Source: Takakia lepidozioides (taxonomy: Eukaryota; Plantae; Bryophyta). Taken from it: 64,000 nt of DNA. A program made the position numbers and the translations under genes. The stretch spans positions 85,188,001 to 85,252,000 of the forward strand of contig CM060731.1 of NCBI GenBank assembly GCA_030704615.1, in the 5' to 3' direction. Positions 37,001-52,000 of the stretch are shown here, one piece after another (within the stretch, counting starts at the first letter, position 1; the number at the start of each line of letters is the position of its first letter). The notes below the pieces were generated by a model that saw nothing but the letters and a program-made list of their open reading frames with translations, did not search any database and had not been told where the DNA came from.

Positions 37001-40000
37001 AACGTTCGATTCGGAAGTGGCACATAGAAAAATTCCATAACGAAGAGGTCAAGGCTGAGGCCTTGCAAGAGGCTCTTCCTCATTTTGTCCATTCGCTCCA
37101 AGACCTTCAGTCTTGCGCAGACAATGCAAGAAATGAAGTCGAAAGAGCAGTGGATTCTTGGGAGAGTTTCGTCTCCTCTGCGGCTGACAAGATCATTGGG
37201 AGGAAACTAATTGTCTGCGGTAGAGCTGTTAATTGGTGGACAAATGAGATTAAACTCAAGATAGCTGAGAGACGAGTCCTTTATAAAGAGTGCTGCAATT
37301 TGAAAACCAACAGAGAATTGTGGGCGAGGTACTACCAGATCCGTAAAGATATCAATCTGCTTGAAAGGGCTCAGAAGAAATTATACTGGGACAAGTTATA
37401 CAGTGAAATAAACTCAAACCACCATGGTGGTAATGACAAGAGATTCTGGTTGGCCCTTCAACGCTTGTACAAGCCGAAAAGCTGTCAGCAAGTACAAGCG
37501 CTGAAGACTACTAAGGGTGCAGTGGTAACTTCATCGGTTGACATTGTCAAAACCTTTGAAACCCACTACAGTATCCTTGGCAGAACTTCTAGGTCTAACA
37601 GTGAGGGGTCCTCTGATGAATGGAAGGACACAGTTGGTAAAACAGTTCCTATGATTCAAAACAGCCCTGATGAACTGGAGTATATTTCAAAAGCCTACAA
37701 CGCTCCCATTAGTTCTTCTGAGATTGTGGAAGCAATTGAACATCTAAATGGATATAAAGCAGGTGGTCCTGATGGCATAGTCAACGAACTTATCAAACAC
37801 GGTGGCGATCCCATGATAGAGACCCTAGTTCTCCTCTCTAACCTTATCTGGAAGACTGAAATGATCCCCTTTCGCTGGCGACAGGGGGTCATTGTCAATC
37901 TATATAAGAAGGGTGACAGAGAAGACCCGGGGAACTATCATGGCATCACGCTCCTCAATGCTGTTGGCAAGATATTTTGCAGAGTAATAAGTACTCGTCT
38001 CGAGGTTGATCTGGAATCTAATTGTTTTCAGGAAGGCCAAGCTGGCTTTCGGCGAAACAGGGGCTGTGTGGACCATATCTTCACTCTAACCATATCTTCT
38101 CTCCCTGTCCTCTAGGAAGCCTATTGCCATTGGGTGGACTTGATACGGGAGTACATTAATGTCTCTGTGACTAAATGCCGGCCTTGTGACCTCGTGTCCT
38201 TGTTTATTTCGACCTGAAGCGCTTCGCTCCAGGTAAGGTAGTGCATTGGATTTAGTTGGAAAGCTTGGGGCCTTTCCCTCTTTAGAATATGCCTACATTG
38301 AGAGTTTCTAATCGGTTTGATGCTCTGGATGAGGTTGAATCCAAACAGCCAGAAGGACAAGATGCCCCTAAGTGTACAGAACCTGAACGTCCTGAATCTG
38401 AAGGATTTGGTACTCTGAATGGTTTACCAATCCTCAAGGTTTACACAAGACGAACAAATTCTATACACGGGGTATTGTCCCCAAGCCGTCAGATGGACAA
38501 TCTGTCCCTAAGTGTGCAGAGCCTGAACGTCGTGTAACGAAAGGATTCGGTACTCTAAATGGTTTACCAATCCTCAAAGTCTACACAAGACGAGCAAAAT
38601 CTACACACGGGGTAATTGTCCCCAAGCAGTCTGATGCACAATATACCCCTAAGTGAGCGGAGCCTGTGCGTCGTGTAACTGAAAGATTTGGTACCCTGAA
38701 TGGTTTACCAATTCTCAAAGTTTACACAAGACGAGCAAAATCTACACATGGGGTAACTGTCCCCCCTTTGCAGAACGGTTGGCCGTCCAGGAGCAATCAC
38801 AAGCTACCTAGACGACAAACAATTCACATGCAAAGGGCTGGCTTGCGGCTGGCCACTTTCAACTTCTCAGGGCTTACTAACCAAAGGAAACAACTCGAAC
38901 TGGGACAAGTCCTTCGGACTAATGATATTCATATCTGTGCTCGGCAAGAAACATGGGAAACATCGGATAAACTGGTTGGAGATGTCAATGGTTGTAAATG
39001 GGCAGGTAAGATGTGTACTCTCAAGGCAGCCTCTGCCAAACGCGGTCAAAAAGGGGTTGGATTCTTTCTCCGTGATTTCTTGTTTGATAATTGTGATATT
39101 ATCAACAAGGGTTTGTGGTACGAGCATAGTATCTGGCTAAAACTGAATCTGAAGGGCGGCATGAGTACGAAGGACCTCTTTGTGGGTTGTGTTTACATGC
39201 CCACAGAGGGGACCCTTAGTGCTGACGCAGACAAAGCCTTCGAAGATGTAAAGCTGGACTGTGCTTCGTTCCTTGCCAAAGGTCAGGTAGTGCTATTGGG
39301 TGACTTCAATGCCCGGGTGGGCAAAGGGCTCCATCAGGACGATATCATTGGGCCTTCTGGTGAGGACGAGCTGAATTCTAATGGCACACGGTTAATTAAC
39401 TGTCTGGAAGAGCTTCAGCTTTTGACCTTGAATAACAGGACAAGAGGTGACCAAGTGCAGTGGACTCGTGAGAAATCCCAAACTGGGGAACGTTCCATTG
39501 TGGACTATATCATAATGGACAAAATTTTGTTTCCCCAGTGTGCCAATGTGTTGATCGACAGAACTGACATTGGTACCTCTGACCACTTCCTGGTTTGGAC
39601 TGAGATCAAAAGGTGTTTTCCCAACACCAAGAGATCTGTGAAACGTTCGATTCGGAAGTGGCGCATAGAAAAATTCCATAATGAGGAGGTCAAGGCTGAG
39701 TACGTCCAGGCCTTGCAAGAGGCTCTCCCTCACTTTGTCCAATCGCTCCAAGAACTTCAGTCTCGCACTGAAAACGCAAGAAATGAAGTCGAAAGAGCAG
39801 TGGACTCTTGGGAGAGTTTCGTTTCCTCCGTGGCTGACAAGATCATTGGGAGGTAATTGTCTGCGGTAGAGCTGTTAGTTGGTGGACCAATAAGATCAAA
39901 CTCAAGATAGCTGAGAGACGAGCCCTCTATAAAGAGTGCTGCAATTTGCAAACCAACAGAGAATTGTGGGCGAGGTACTACCAGCTCCGTAAAGATATCA

Positions 40001-43000
40001 ATCAGCTTGTTAGGTCTCAGAAGAAATTATACTGGGATAAGTTATACAGTGAAAAAAACTCAAACCACCATGGTGGTAATGACAAGAGATTCTGGTTGGC
40101 CCTTCAACGTTTGTACAAGCCGAAAAACGGTCAGCAAGTACAAGCGCTGAAGACTACTAAAGGTGCAGTGGTGACTTCATCGGTTGACATTGTCAAAACC
40201 TTTGAAACTCACTACAGTATCCTTGGCAGAACTTCTAGGTCTAACAGTGAGGGGTCTTCTGCTGAATGGAGGGACACAGTTGGAAAAACTGTTCCTATGA
40301 TTCAAAACAGCCCTGATGAACTGGAGTATATTTCAATGGCCTATAATGCTCCCATTAGTTCTTCTGAGATTGTGGAAGCAATTGAACATTTAAATGGATA
40401 TAAAGCTGGTGGACCTGATGGTATTGTCAACGAGCTTATCAAGCACGGTGGCGATCCCATGATAGAGGCCCTAGTTCTCCTCTTTAACCTTATCTGGAAG
40501 ACTGAAATGATCCCCTTTCGCTGGCGACAGGGGGTCATTGTCAATCTATACAAGAAGGGTGACAGAGAAGAACCGGGGAACTACCGTGGCATCACGCTCC
40601 TCAATGCTGTTGGCAAGACATTCTGCAGAGTTATAAGTACTCGTCTCGAGGTTGATCTGGAGTCTAGAGGTTGTTTCCACGAAGGCCAAGCTGGCTTTCG
40701 GCGAAACAGGGGCTGTGTGGATCATATCTTCACTCTAAGCCAGATTATCCAGGGAAGGAAAAAAGATGGGAAACCCACTTATGTCTTTTTCCTGGATGTC
40801 AAAAAGGCTTATGACACAGTGTGGAGAGATGGCCTATGGTTCCGCCTCTGGTCTTGTGGGATCAAGGGAAAGATGTGGAGAGTTGTCCACAACTTGTATG
40901 CTCACACCAAAAGCTGTGTCACTGTTAACGGACAGAAGTCCAACTTCTTTGACATAGACCAAGGTGTAGTTCAAGGATGTACTCTCTCCCCTCTGCTCTT
41001 CAATGTTTTCATCAATCAACTCCTCGAGGATGTGGAAAGTGAGGGATTTGGGTTAAGGGTGGGTGATACCACCATACCAGCCCTTATGTTTGCGGATGAC
41101 TTCGCAGGCATAGGGGAGACTCCAACCAATCTCCAGGAGTTGATTGATTGCGCGAAGAGATACTTTGATCTTTGGGGGCTAGAGGCTAATGTCAGCAAAT
41201 GTGCAGTGGTAGCATTCAACGACAGAGGAGAGGGAGGAAGTGATCTTAAGTGGCAGTGGGGTAGCCAAGTGATCCCGGTCCTCCTTTCCTACACTTACCT
41301 GGGCGTTGAGTTTTCCTCCCATTGTAATTGGGATGCACATATCCGGAAAGTTGTTCAAACTGGCAAGGGCAAAGCTCTGGGGCTCACTAAATTTTTCCAC
41401 TGCAGCGGGGTCAACTCTGAGGTTAAGAAAACCATGCTTTGTCGCGTTATTAGACCTGCCTTGGAGTACGGATCTGCTATATGGGTTGATAACTCCAACC
41501 AGGCTAAGTCTCTAGAATCCATTCAAGTGGGGGTGCTTAAGGAGTGTATGTCAGCATGCTCCAAAACAGCCAATGTGGCTGTTCGGGGTGAGTTTGGCAT
41601 TCCAGCCTTAAGCTCCCGACGAGATGAATTCAAGGTCAGATGGTGGGGTCAGCTGCAACATATGCCCAACACCAGATATCCTAAGTTAATCGACTCTATA
41701 TCTTGGAAACAGGACCGCCCTGTCAAACAGGCTAAGTCCTGGCAGAGGAGAGTAGAAGAGATCCTCAAGGACCTGGACCTGGATCCGCAAGTCTTGACCC
41801 TGCTGAATAAATTTGACTTGGAGGCTGTAGTGTCCAAAGCCATGTCTGTTGCCATGAGATTGTCTGATGAAAATGAAGTTAGGCAGAAAACTTCCCTGAA
41901 CTTGTTTCCAGTCAGTGACATGGGGGAGGACATCTTGGATGACCTCAAGGGTCTACCCACTCTCGGCACTAGACTGAAATTTAAACTCAGGGCAGGAAGC
42001 CTACCTTTGAACAGCAAACAGAAGCAGAGAGGAAAGGGAGACAATTGCCCGTTGTGTGGGCAATCTGAAGACAGTATTCATTTTCTGATACACTGTCCGG
42101 GGTTCTCTCACCAAAGAGACGCTCTCTTCAACTCTATCAAGGGAATTGTGCCTGTACCCCAGTTTACCAACTTTGAAAGTCTCGAGGCTGAGCCAAAAGC
42201 CCAGGCCCTCCTGAGGCCTAGTTTTTGGGCAAATCACACTCAGCAGATTGATGCTTGTGTGAAGGGATTTCTAGAGGATATCTGGAAAACCCGGATTAAT
42301 TCTATATATGAAGGTAAGTCTTACTACCAACGTCAGCCCCTGACAGAGGTAGGTTCTGTTCCTTTTGTTCCCGCTCAAACTGGGCGCGGGGTCAATGGCC
42401 ACAAGGCTACGGCAAACAACGTCTTATGAGTACACTCTAAGCCAGATTATCCAGGGAAGGAAAAAAGAAGGGAAACCCATTTATGTTTTTTTCTTGGATG
42501 TCAAAAAGGCTTATGACACAGTGTGGAGAGATGGTCTATGGCTCGGCCTCTGATCTTGCGGAATCAAGGGAAAAATGTGGAGAGTTGTCCATAACTTGTA
42601 TGCCCACACCAAAAGCTGTGTCATTGTTAATGGGCAATCTACAAAAGAAAGCTGACAGAGAAGAGCCGGGGAACTATCGAGGCATCACGCTTCTCAATGC
42701 AGTTGGCAAGATATTTACTGAGTTACAAGTACTCGTCTCGAGGTTGATCTGGAGTCTAGAGGTTGCTTCCATGAAGGCCAAGCTGGCTTTCGGAGAAACA
42801 GGGGCTACGATATCTTTGCGTTAAGCCAGATTATCCAGGGAAGGAAAAAAGAAGGGAATCCCACTTTTGTTTTTTTCTTGGATGTCAAAAAGGCTTATGA
42901 CACAGTGTGGAGAGATGGTCTATGGCTCCGACTCAGGTCATCTGGGATCAAGGGATATATGTGGAGAGTGGTCCATAACTTGTATGCTCACACCAAAAGC

Positions 43001-46000
43001 TGTGTCACTGTTAATGGACAGAAGTCTAACTTCTTTGACATAGACCAAGGTGTAGCTCAAGGAAGTACCCTCTCCCCTCTGCTCTTCAATGTTTTCATTA
43101 ATCAACTACTCGAGGATGTGGAAAGTGAGGGATATAGGTTAAGGGTGGGTGATGCCACCATACCAGCCCTTATGTTTGCGGATGACTTCGCAGGCATAGG
43201 GGAGACTCCATCCAATCTTCAGGAGTTGATTGATTGCGCAAAGAGATACTTTGACCTTTGGGGGCTAGAGGCTAACGTCAGTAAATGCGCAGTGGTGGCA
43301 TTTAATGATGGTGGGGAGGGAGGAGGCGACCTCAAGTGGCAATGGGGAAGGCAAGAGATTGCTGTCCCCCCTTCCTACACATACCTTGGCGTTGAGTTTT
43401 CCTCCAACCGTAATTGGGAAATGCATATACATAAAGTTGTTCAATCCGGCAAGCGCAAAGCGTTGGGTCTCACTAAAGTTTTCCACTGCAGAGGGATCAA
43501 CTCTGAAGTCAAAAAAAGCATGCTTTGCCGCGTTATTAGGCCTACCTTCAAGTACGCATCTGCAGTGTGGGTTGATAACTCCAACCAGGCTAAGTCTCTA
43601 GAATCCATGCCAGTGGGGGTGCTTGAGTGCATGTCAGCATGCTCCAAAACAGCTAATGTGGCTGTTTGGGGGTGAGTTTGGCATTCCTCCCTTAGGCTCC
43701 TGACGAGATGAATTCAAGGTCAGATGGTGGGGTCAGCTGCAACATATGACTAATATCAGATATCCTAAGATAATCAACTCTCTATCTTGGCAGCAGGATC
43801 GCCCTGTCAAACAGGCTAAGTCCTGGCGGAAGAGGGTAGAAGAGATTCTCAAGGATCTGAATCTAAGTCCGCAAGTCTTGACCCTGTTGTATAAATCTGA
43901 CTTAGAGGCTGTAATGTCCAAAGCCATGTTCTGTTGCCAGGAAAATGTCTGATGAAAATGAAGTTAGGCAGAAAACTTCCCTGAACTTGTTTCCGGTCTG
44001 TGACATGGGTGAGACGATCATGGATGACCTCAAGGGTTTTCCCACTCTCAGCACTAGACTGAAATTTAAACTCAGGGCGGGAAGCCTACCTTTGAACAGC
44101 AAACAGATGCGGAGAGGAAAGGGGGATTGCAAATGCCCGTTGTTGGCCAACCTGAAGACAGTATCCTGATTCATTGTCCTGGGTACTCTCACCAGAGAGA
44201 CACCCTCTTCAATTCCACCAAGGGGAATTGTTCCTGTACCTCTGTTTACCAGCTTTGAAAATCTTGAGGCGGAGCCAAAAGCCCGTCCCTTTTGGGGGCA
44301 AATCACACACAGCAGATTGATGTTTGTGTGAAGGGATTTCTAGAGAATACCTGGAAAACTCGGACCAATTGTCTATTCCAAGGTAAGTCATACTACCGGC
44401 GTCAGCCCCTGACAAAGGTAGTTTCTGTACTTGGTGTTCCGGTCAAACGGGGCGCGGGGTCAATGGCCACAAGCCTACGGCAAACAACGTCATATGAGCA
44501 GATTCTCTGACGAAGTTAAGCATAAACCTTCCCTGTACTTTTTTCCAGTTTGCGACATGGGTGAGGACCTTAAGGATGATCTGAAGGCCATAACAACCCT
44601 CGGCACTAGACTGAAAATTAAACTCAGGGGTCGAACAATAAACAGATGCAGAAAGGAAAGGAGATTGTCAATGCCAGATTTGCGGATGGCCTGAAGACAA
44701 TATTAATTTTGTGATAGTGGCCGGGGTATTGTCAGCAGAGAACAATCCTCTTCAGGACCATCAAGAACATAGTCCCTGCACCTCTGTTCACTAACTTTCA
44801 AAATCTCAAGGCTAAGCCTAAAGCACTGGCCCTGTTGGAGTCTTGCTGGGCAGCTCACACACAGCAGATTGATGCTTCTATGAAGGGATTCTCGAGGAAA
44901 TCCTGGAAAGTTCCAATTAATTGTTTGCACCAAGGTAAGTCCCACTACTGGCATGAGCCCCTCACAAAGGTAGTGACTGTTGCTTAAGAATCAATTCTAC
45001 ATCACCAGCCAATGTAATGAACTGAAAGGCAAGGGACTGTGCAGAATCTCGGGGATGGACGAGTAGGCAAAATTGAAAAACAAAAAACAGATTTTATTTT
45101 TTTATGGATATAAAAACAAATAGATCACTGATTAAGTTGAAAGAAACATTCCAATCTCCTCTGCTCTCTCAGATGCAATTGACATCTAACTGGCCTGAAA
45201 GACAAGACAATGGCAAGAGGGAATACATTTTCGTCAATGAAGAAAGAGGGGAACGAGAATGGGAGAGCGTCCTCACAGTCACCCCAACTGTCGTAGTCTC
45301 TGCAGTGCATCAAAGCCACCATACTTCAGCAATACAGTTCACATCTCCACCACTCCTGAAATCCATGTAAGGATATGGCAAGAAACAAATTGAGGCCAAA
45401 GGGCAGACAGAACAAGATGGAGCGGTGGAGGGGAATAACCTTTCTTGTTTTACAACAATAGAAGGAGACTGATTCCCACCATTCCAATCACTGTTGTTCT
45501 GAGTGCTCTCCACCTTCACAATCCAATGAAAGAATTATGAGGACCTCAATAAATCCAGTCACAACTGCATTACCATGAAAAAGAATCACTGCTTTAAAAA
45601 ATAAAAGTAATTACGAAGTTGAGATAATATCTCCATACTTACAATTACAGATAACCAAAAATGAAGTACTGAGAAGATCTGATCTAGGGTAGAGGGATTT
45701 CCAGAAGAGAAAAAGAGAAACAAACAGATACAAGAAAAAAGAAAATAGAAAGAAAAAGAAGCAAGGACAAACTAGACGAGGATACAAACAAAACAACAAA
45801 CGCGGATTCAGATTGAACCCATAAACTGGGAATAGTGGTATAGACTTGGTGACAGTCTTTCACCAATCCACGGACCAAGAACTACAACAACACGTATGGT
45901 AGTCACAAGCCACCATCACATCCCCACTGACTTTGTCAGCTCCTGACAGTGGGTATAGGAAGTAATGGGAAAAATCAATCATGTTGTTGGCTATCACTTA

Positions 46001-49000
46001 AACAAAGAGGGAGGAATCCCATCCAACAAAGACCAAAACAGTAAACACATGAGGGGATAAGAACGAAGAAGAAAAAGAAGAGAAAAGAATGTACTCATAA
46101 GACGTTGTTTGCTGTAGCCTTGTGGCCATTGACCCCGCGCTCGGTTTGAGCGGAACACAAAGGGACAGAAACTACCTATGTCAGGGGCTGACACCGGCAG
46201 TATGACTTACCTTGGAACAGACAATTGATCCGAGTTCTCCAGATATCCTCTAGAATCCCTTTACACAAGCATCAATCTGCTGTGTGTGGTTTGCCCAATA
46301 ACTAGGCCCCAAAAGTGCCTGGGCTTTTGGCTCAGCCTCAAGACTGTCAAAGTTGGTAAACAGAGGTACAGGCACAATTCCCTTGATGGATTTGAAGAGG
46401 ACGTCTCTCTGGTGAGAGTACCCAGGACATTGAATCAGAAAGTAAATATTGTCTTCAGGTTGCCCACACAACGGGCAGTTGCTATCCCCCTTTCCTCTCT
46501 GCTTCTGTTTGCTGTTCAAAGGTAGGCTTCCCGCCCTGAGTTTAATTTCAGTCTAGTGCCAAGGGTGGGTAAACCCTTGAGGTCATCCATGATGGCCTCT
46601 CCCATGTCACAGTCTGGAAACAAGTTCAGGGAAGTTTTCTGCCTAACTTCATTTTTACCAGACAATTTCCTGACAACAGACATGGCTTTGGACACTACAG
46701 CCTCTAAGTCAGATTTATCCAGCAAGGTCAAGGCTTGCGGACTTAGATTCAGATCCTTGAGAATCTCTTCTACTCTCTTCCGCCAGAGTACATTAATGTC
46801 TCTGTGACTAAATGCCGGCCTTGTGACCTCGTGTTCTTGTTTGTTTCGACCCGAACCCGCTTTGCTTCAGGTAAGGTAGTGCATTGGATTTAGTTGGAAA
46901 GCTTGGGGCCTTTCCCTCTTTAGAATATGCCTACACGGGCCATTCCCTGCAACTCCCTGGAGTGTGATCTCTGAATGGTAACAAGCGGACTCCTACCGCT
47001 TGGGGGCAGCCCCTCCGCCCAAATTGAGCAGTCGTATGCTCTGTCTAGCATACTCGGCACTTGGGCTCGGGTTGGTTCCTGTGCTTAAACTTATGGCCTG
47101 CGAAAACAATCAAAAATTTAGCTCCTATCAACATCAACACTCCTCAGGGTGATCCCTGGGAATTGGTTACTTATGCCAAATCTAGGGCTTCATGTGTAGT
47201 TTTTGGGGTGAATCCCAGGATGGACGATGTGTCCTTTAAAACTACATGCTCTAGCTTAGGCTTGGATTTCATGGCTAATGGTACCATCTCGAGACTTGAT
47301 AACAGGGGCACGTTGAAGGTTGCAATGACCAAAAGTGCTTCTAATAGAGTCCCGCATCAATTCAATCTCAAAGAAGTTCGCCCTTGACTGGCTGGAGAGC
47401 GGTCTTAGACATTGGTGATTCAATGGGGCACTCTAGGAAGACAACCAAGGGCAACAACTTCAACTTGAGAGTTTCTAATCGGTTTGATGCTCTGGATGAG
47501 GTTGAATCCAAACAGCCAGAAGGACAAGATGCCCCTAAGTGTACGGAACCTGAACGTCCTGAATCTGAAGGATTTGGTACTCTGAATGGTTTACCAATCC
47601 TCAAGGTTTACACAAGACGAACAAATTCTATACACGGGGTAATTGTCCCCAAGCCGTCAGATGGACAATCTGTCCCTAAGTGTGCAGAGCCTGAACGTCG
47701 TGTAACTGAAGGATTTGGTACTCTAAATGGTTTACCAATCCTCAAAGTCTACACAAGACGAGCAAAATCTATACACGGATAATTGTCCCCAAGCAGTCTG
47801 ACGGACAATCTGCCCCTATGTGTGCGGAGCCTGTGCGTCGTGTAACTGAAAGATTTGGTACCCTGAATGGTTTACCAATTCTCAAAGTTTACACAAGACG
47901 AGCAAAATCTACACATGGGGTAACTGTCCCCCCTTTGCAGAACGGTTGGCCGTCCAGGAGCAATCACAAGCTACCTAGACGACAAACAATTCACACGCAA
48001 AGGGCTGGCTTGCGGCTGGCCACTTTCAACTTCTCAGGGTTGACCAACCAAAGGAAACAACTTGAAGTGGGACGTTCTTCGGACTAATGATATTCATATC
48101 TGTGCTGGGCAAGAAACATGGGAAACGTCGGATAAACTGGTTGGAGATGTCAATGGTTATAAATGGGCAGGTAAGATGTGTACTCTCAAGGCAGCCTCTG
48201 CCAAACGCGGTCAAAAAGGGGTCGGATTCTTTGTCCGTGATTTCTTGTTTGACAATTGTGAAATTATCAACAAGGGTTTGAGGTACAAGCATAGTATCTG
48301 GCTAAAACTGAATTTGAAGGGCGGCATGAGTACAAAGGACCTCTTTGTTGGTTGTGTTTACATGCCCACAGAGGGGACCCTTAGTGCTGACGCAGACAAG
48401 GCCTTCGAAGATGTAAAGCTGGACTGTGCTTCATTCCTTGCCAAAGGTCAGGTACTATTGGGGGACTTCAATGCCCGGGTGGGCAAAGGGATCCATCAGG
48501 ACGATATCATTGGACCTTTTGGTGAGGACGAGCTGAATTCTAATGGCAGACGGTTAATTAACTGTCTAGAAGAGCTTCAGCTTTTGACCTTGAATAACAG
48601 GACAAGAGGTGACCAAGTGCAGTGGACTCGTGAGAAATCCCAAACTGGGAAACGTTCCATTGTGGACTATATCATAATGGACAAAATTTTGTTCCCCCAG
48701 TGTGCCAATGTGTTGATCTACAGAACTGATATTGGTACCTCTGACCACTTCCTGGTTTGGACTGATATCAAAAGGTGTTTTCCCACCACCAAGAGATCTG
48801 TGAAACGTTCGATTCGGAAGTGGCGCATAGAAAAATTCCACAATGAGGAGGTCAAGGCTGAGTACGTCCAGGCCTTGCAAGAGGCTCTCCCTCATTTTGT
48901 CCAATCGCTCCAAGAACTTCAGTCACGCTCTGTTAACGCAAGAAATGAAGTCGAAAGAGCAGTGGACTCTTGGGAGAGTTTCGTTTCCTCCGTGGCTGAC

Positions 49001-52000
49001 AAGATCATTGGGAGGAAACTAATTGTCTGCGGTAGAGCAGTTAATTGGTGGACTAATGAGATTAAACTCAAGATAGCTGAGAGACGAGCCCTCTATAAAG
49101 AGTGCTGCAATTTGCAAACCAACAGAGAATTGTGGACGAGGTACTACCAGCTCCGTAAAGATATCAATCAGCTTGTTAGGTCTCAGAAGAAATTATACTG
49201 GGACAAGTTATACAGTGAAATAAACTCAAACCACCATGGTGGTAATGACAAGAAATTCTGGTTGGCCCTTCAACGTTTGTACAAGCCGAAAAACGGTCAG
49301 CAAGTACAAGCGCTGAAGACTACTAAAGGTGCAGTGGTGACTTCATCGGTTGACATTGTCAAAACCTTTGAAACTCACTACAGTATCCTTGGCAGAACTT
49401 CTAGGTCTAACAGTGAGGGGTCTTCTGCTGAATGGAGGGACACAGTTGGAAAAACTGTTCCTATGATTCAAAACAGCCCTGATGAACTGGAGTATATTTC
49501 AATGGCTTATAATGCTCCCATTAGTTCTTCTGAGATTGTGGAAGCAATTGAACATTTAAATGGATATAAAGCTGGTGGACCTGATGGTATTGTCAACGAG
49601 CTTATCAAGCACGGTGGCGATCCCATGATAGAGGCCCTAGTTCTCCTCTTTAACCTTATCTGGAAGACTGAAATGATCCCCTTTCGCTGGCGACAGGGGG
49701 TCATTGTCAATCTATACAAGAAGGGTGACAGAGAAGAACCGGGGAACTACCGTGGCATCACGCTCCTCAATGCTGTTGGCAAGACATTCTGCAGAGTTAT
49801 AAGTACTCGTCTCGAGGTTGATCTGGAGTCTAGAGGTTGTTTCCACGAAGGCCAAGCTGGCTTTCGGCGAAACAGGGGCTGTGTGGATCATATCTCCACT
49901 CTAAGCCAGATTATCCAGGGAAGGAAAAAAGATGGGAAACCCACTTATGTCTTTTTCCTGGATGTCAAAAAGGCTTATGACACAGTGTGGAGAGATGGCC
50001 TATGGTTCCGCCTCTGGTCTTGTGGGATCAAGGGAAAGATGTGGAGAGTTGTCCACAACTTGTATGCTCACACCAAAAGCTGTGTCACTGTTAACGGACA
50101 GAAGTCCAACTTCTTTGACATAGACCAAGGTGTAGTTCAAGGATGTACTCTCTCCCCTCTGCTCTTCAATGTTTTCATCAATCAACTCCTCGAGGATGTG
50201 GAAAGTGAGGGATTTGGGTTAAGGGTGGGTGATACCACCATACCAGCCCTTATGTTTGCGGATGACTTCGCAGGCATAGGGGAGACTCCAACCAATCTCC
50301 AGGAGTTGATTGATTGCGCGAAGAGATACTTTGATCTTTGGGGGCTAGAGGCTAATGTCAGCAAATGTGCAGTGGTAGCATTCAACGACAGAGGAGAGGG
50401 AGGAAGTGATCTTAAGTGGCAGTGGGGTAGCCAAGTGATCCCGGTCCTCCTTTCCTACACTTACCTGGGCGTTGAGTTTTCCTCCCATTGTAATTGGGAT
50501 GCACATATCCGGAAAGTTGTTCAAACTGGCAAGGGCAAAGCTCTGGGGCTCACTAAATTTTTCCACTGCAGAGGGGTCAACTCTGAGGTTAAGAAAACCA
50601 TGCTTTGTCGCGTTATTAGACCTGCCTTGGAGTACGGATCTGCTATATGGGTTGATAACTCCAACCAGGCTAAGTCTCTAGAATCCATTCAAGTGGGGGT
50701 GCTTAAGGAGTGTATGTCAGCATGCTCCAAAACAGCCAATGTGGCTGTTCGGGGTGAGTTTGGCATTCCGTCCTTAAGCTCCCGACGAGATGAATTCAAG
50801 GTCAGATGGTGGGGTCAGCTGCAACATATGCCCAACACCAGATATCCTAAGTTAATCGACTCTATATCTTGGAAACAGGACCGCCCTGTCAAACAGGCTA
50901 AGTCCTGGCAGAAGAGAGTAGAAGAGATCCTCAAGGACCTGGACCTGGATCCGCAAGTCTTGACCCTGCTGGATAAATCTGACTTAGAGGCTGTAGTGTC
51001 CTCAGCCATGTCTGTTGCCATGAGATTGTCTGATGAAAATGAAGTTAGGCAGAAAACTTCCCTGAACTTGTTTCCAGTCTGTGACATGGGGGAGGACATC
51101 TTGCATGACCTCAAGGGTCTACCCACTCTCGGCACTAGACTGAAATTTAAACTCAGGGCAGGAAGCCTACCTTTGAACAGCAAACAGAAGCAGAGAGGAA
51201 AGGGAGAGTGCAATTGCCCGTTGTGAGTGCAATTGCCCGTTGTGTGGGCAATCTGAAGACAGTGTTCATTTTCTGATACACTGTCCGGGGTTCTCTCACC
51301 AAAGAGACGCTCTCTTCAAATCTATTAAGGGAATTGTGCCTGTACCCCTGTTTACCAACTTTGAAAGTCTCGAGGCTGAGCCAAAAGCCCAGGCCCTCCT
51401 GAGGCCTAGTTTTTGGGCAAATCACACACAGCAGATTGATGCTTGTGTGAAGGGATTTCTAGAGGATATCTGGAAAACCCGGATTAATTCTTTATATGGA
51501 GGTAAGTCTTACAACCAACGTCAGCCCCTGACAGAGGTAGGTTCTGTCCCTTTTGTTCCCGCTCAAACTGGGCGCGGGGTCAATGGCCACAAGGCTACGG
51601 CAAACAACGTCTTATGAGTACAATCTCTTCCGCCAGGACTTAGCCTGTTTGATGGGGCGATCCTTCTCCCAAGATAGAGAGTCGATTAACTTAGGATATC
51701 TGATATTTGTCATATGTTGAAGAAGAGAAAAGAAAACAGAGAAGAGGAGGAAGAGATAAAGGGTAAGAGAACTCCCTGTAGTAACTGGGCTTGTACAAAC
51801 TCCCCACTTGATATCACCAAATCGGGATCAAGAGACTGGGACATCTTACTTTATCCCAATGAAGAAGTAGATTGTGTCAGACACACAAGAGATAAGTCCT
51901 GACCCTGGAACTGATACACCTCAATATTACCCCCAAACCCTTGAGGCCCACCCCAAGACATGAAAACACATAAGAGACCCACTTTCCTCACTAGCAATCC

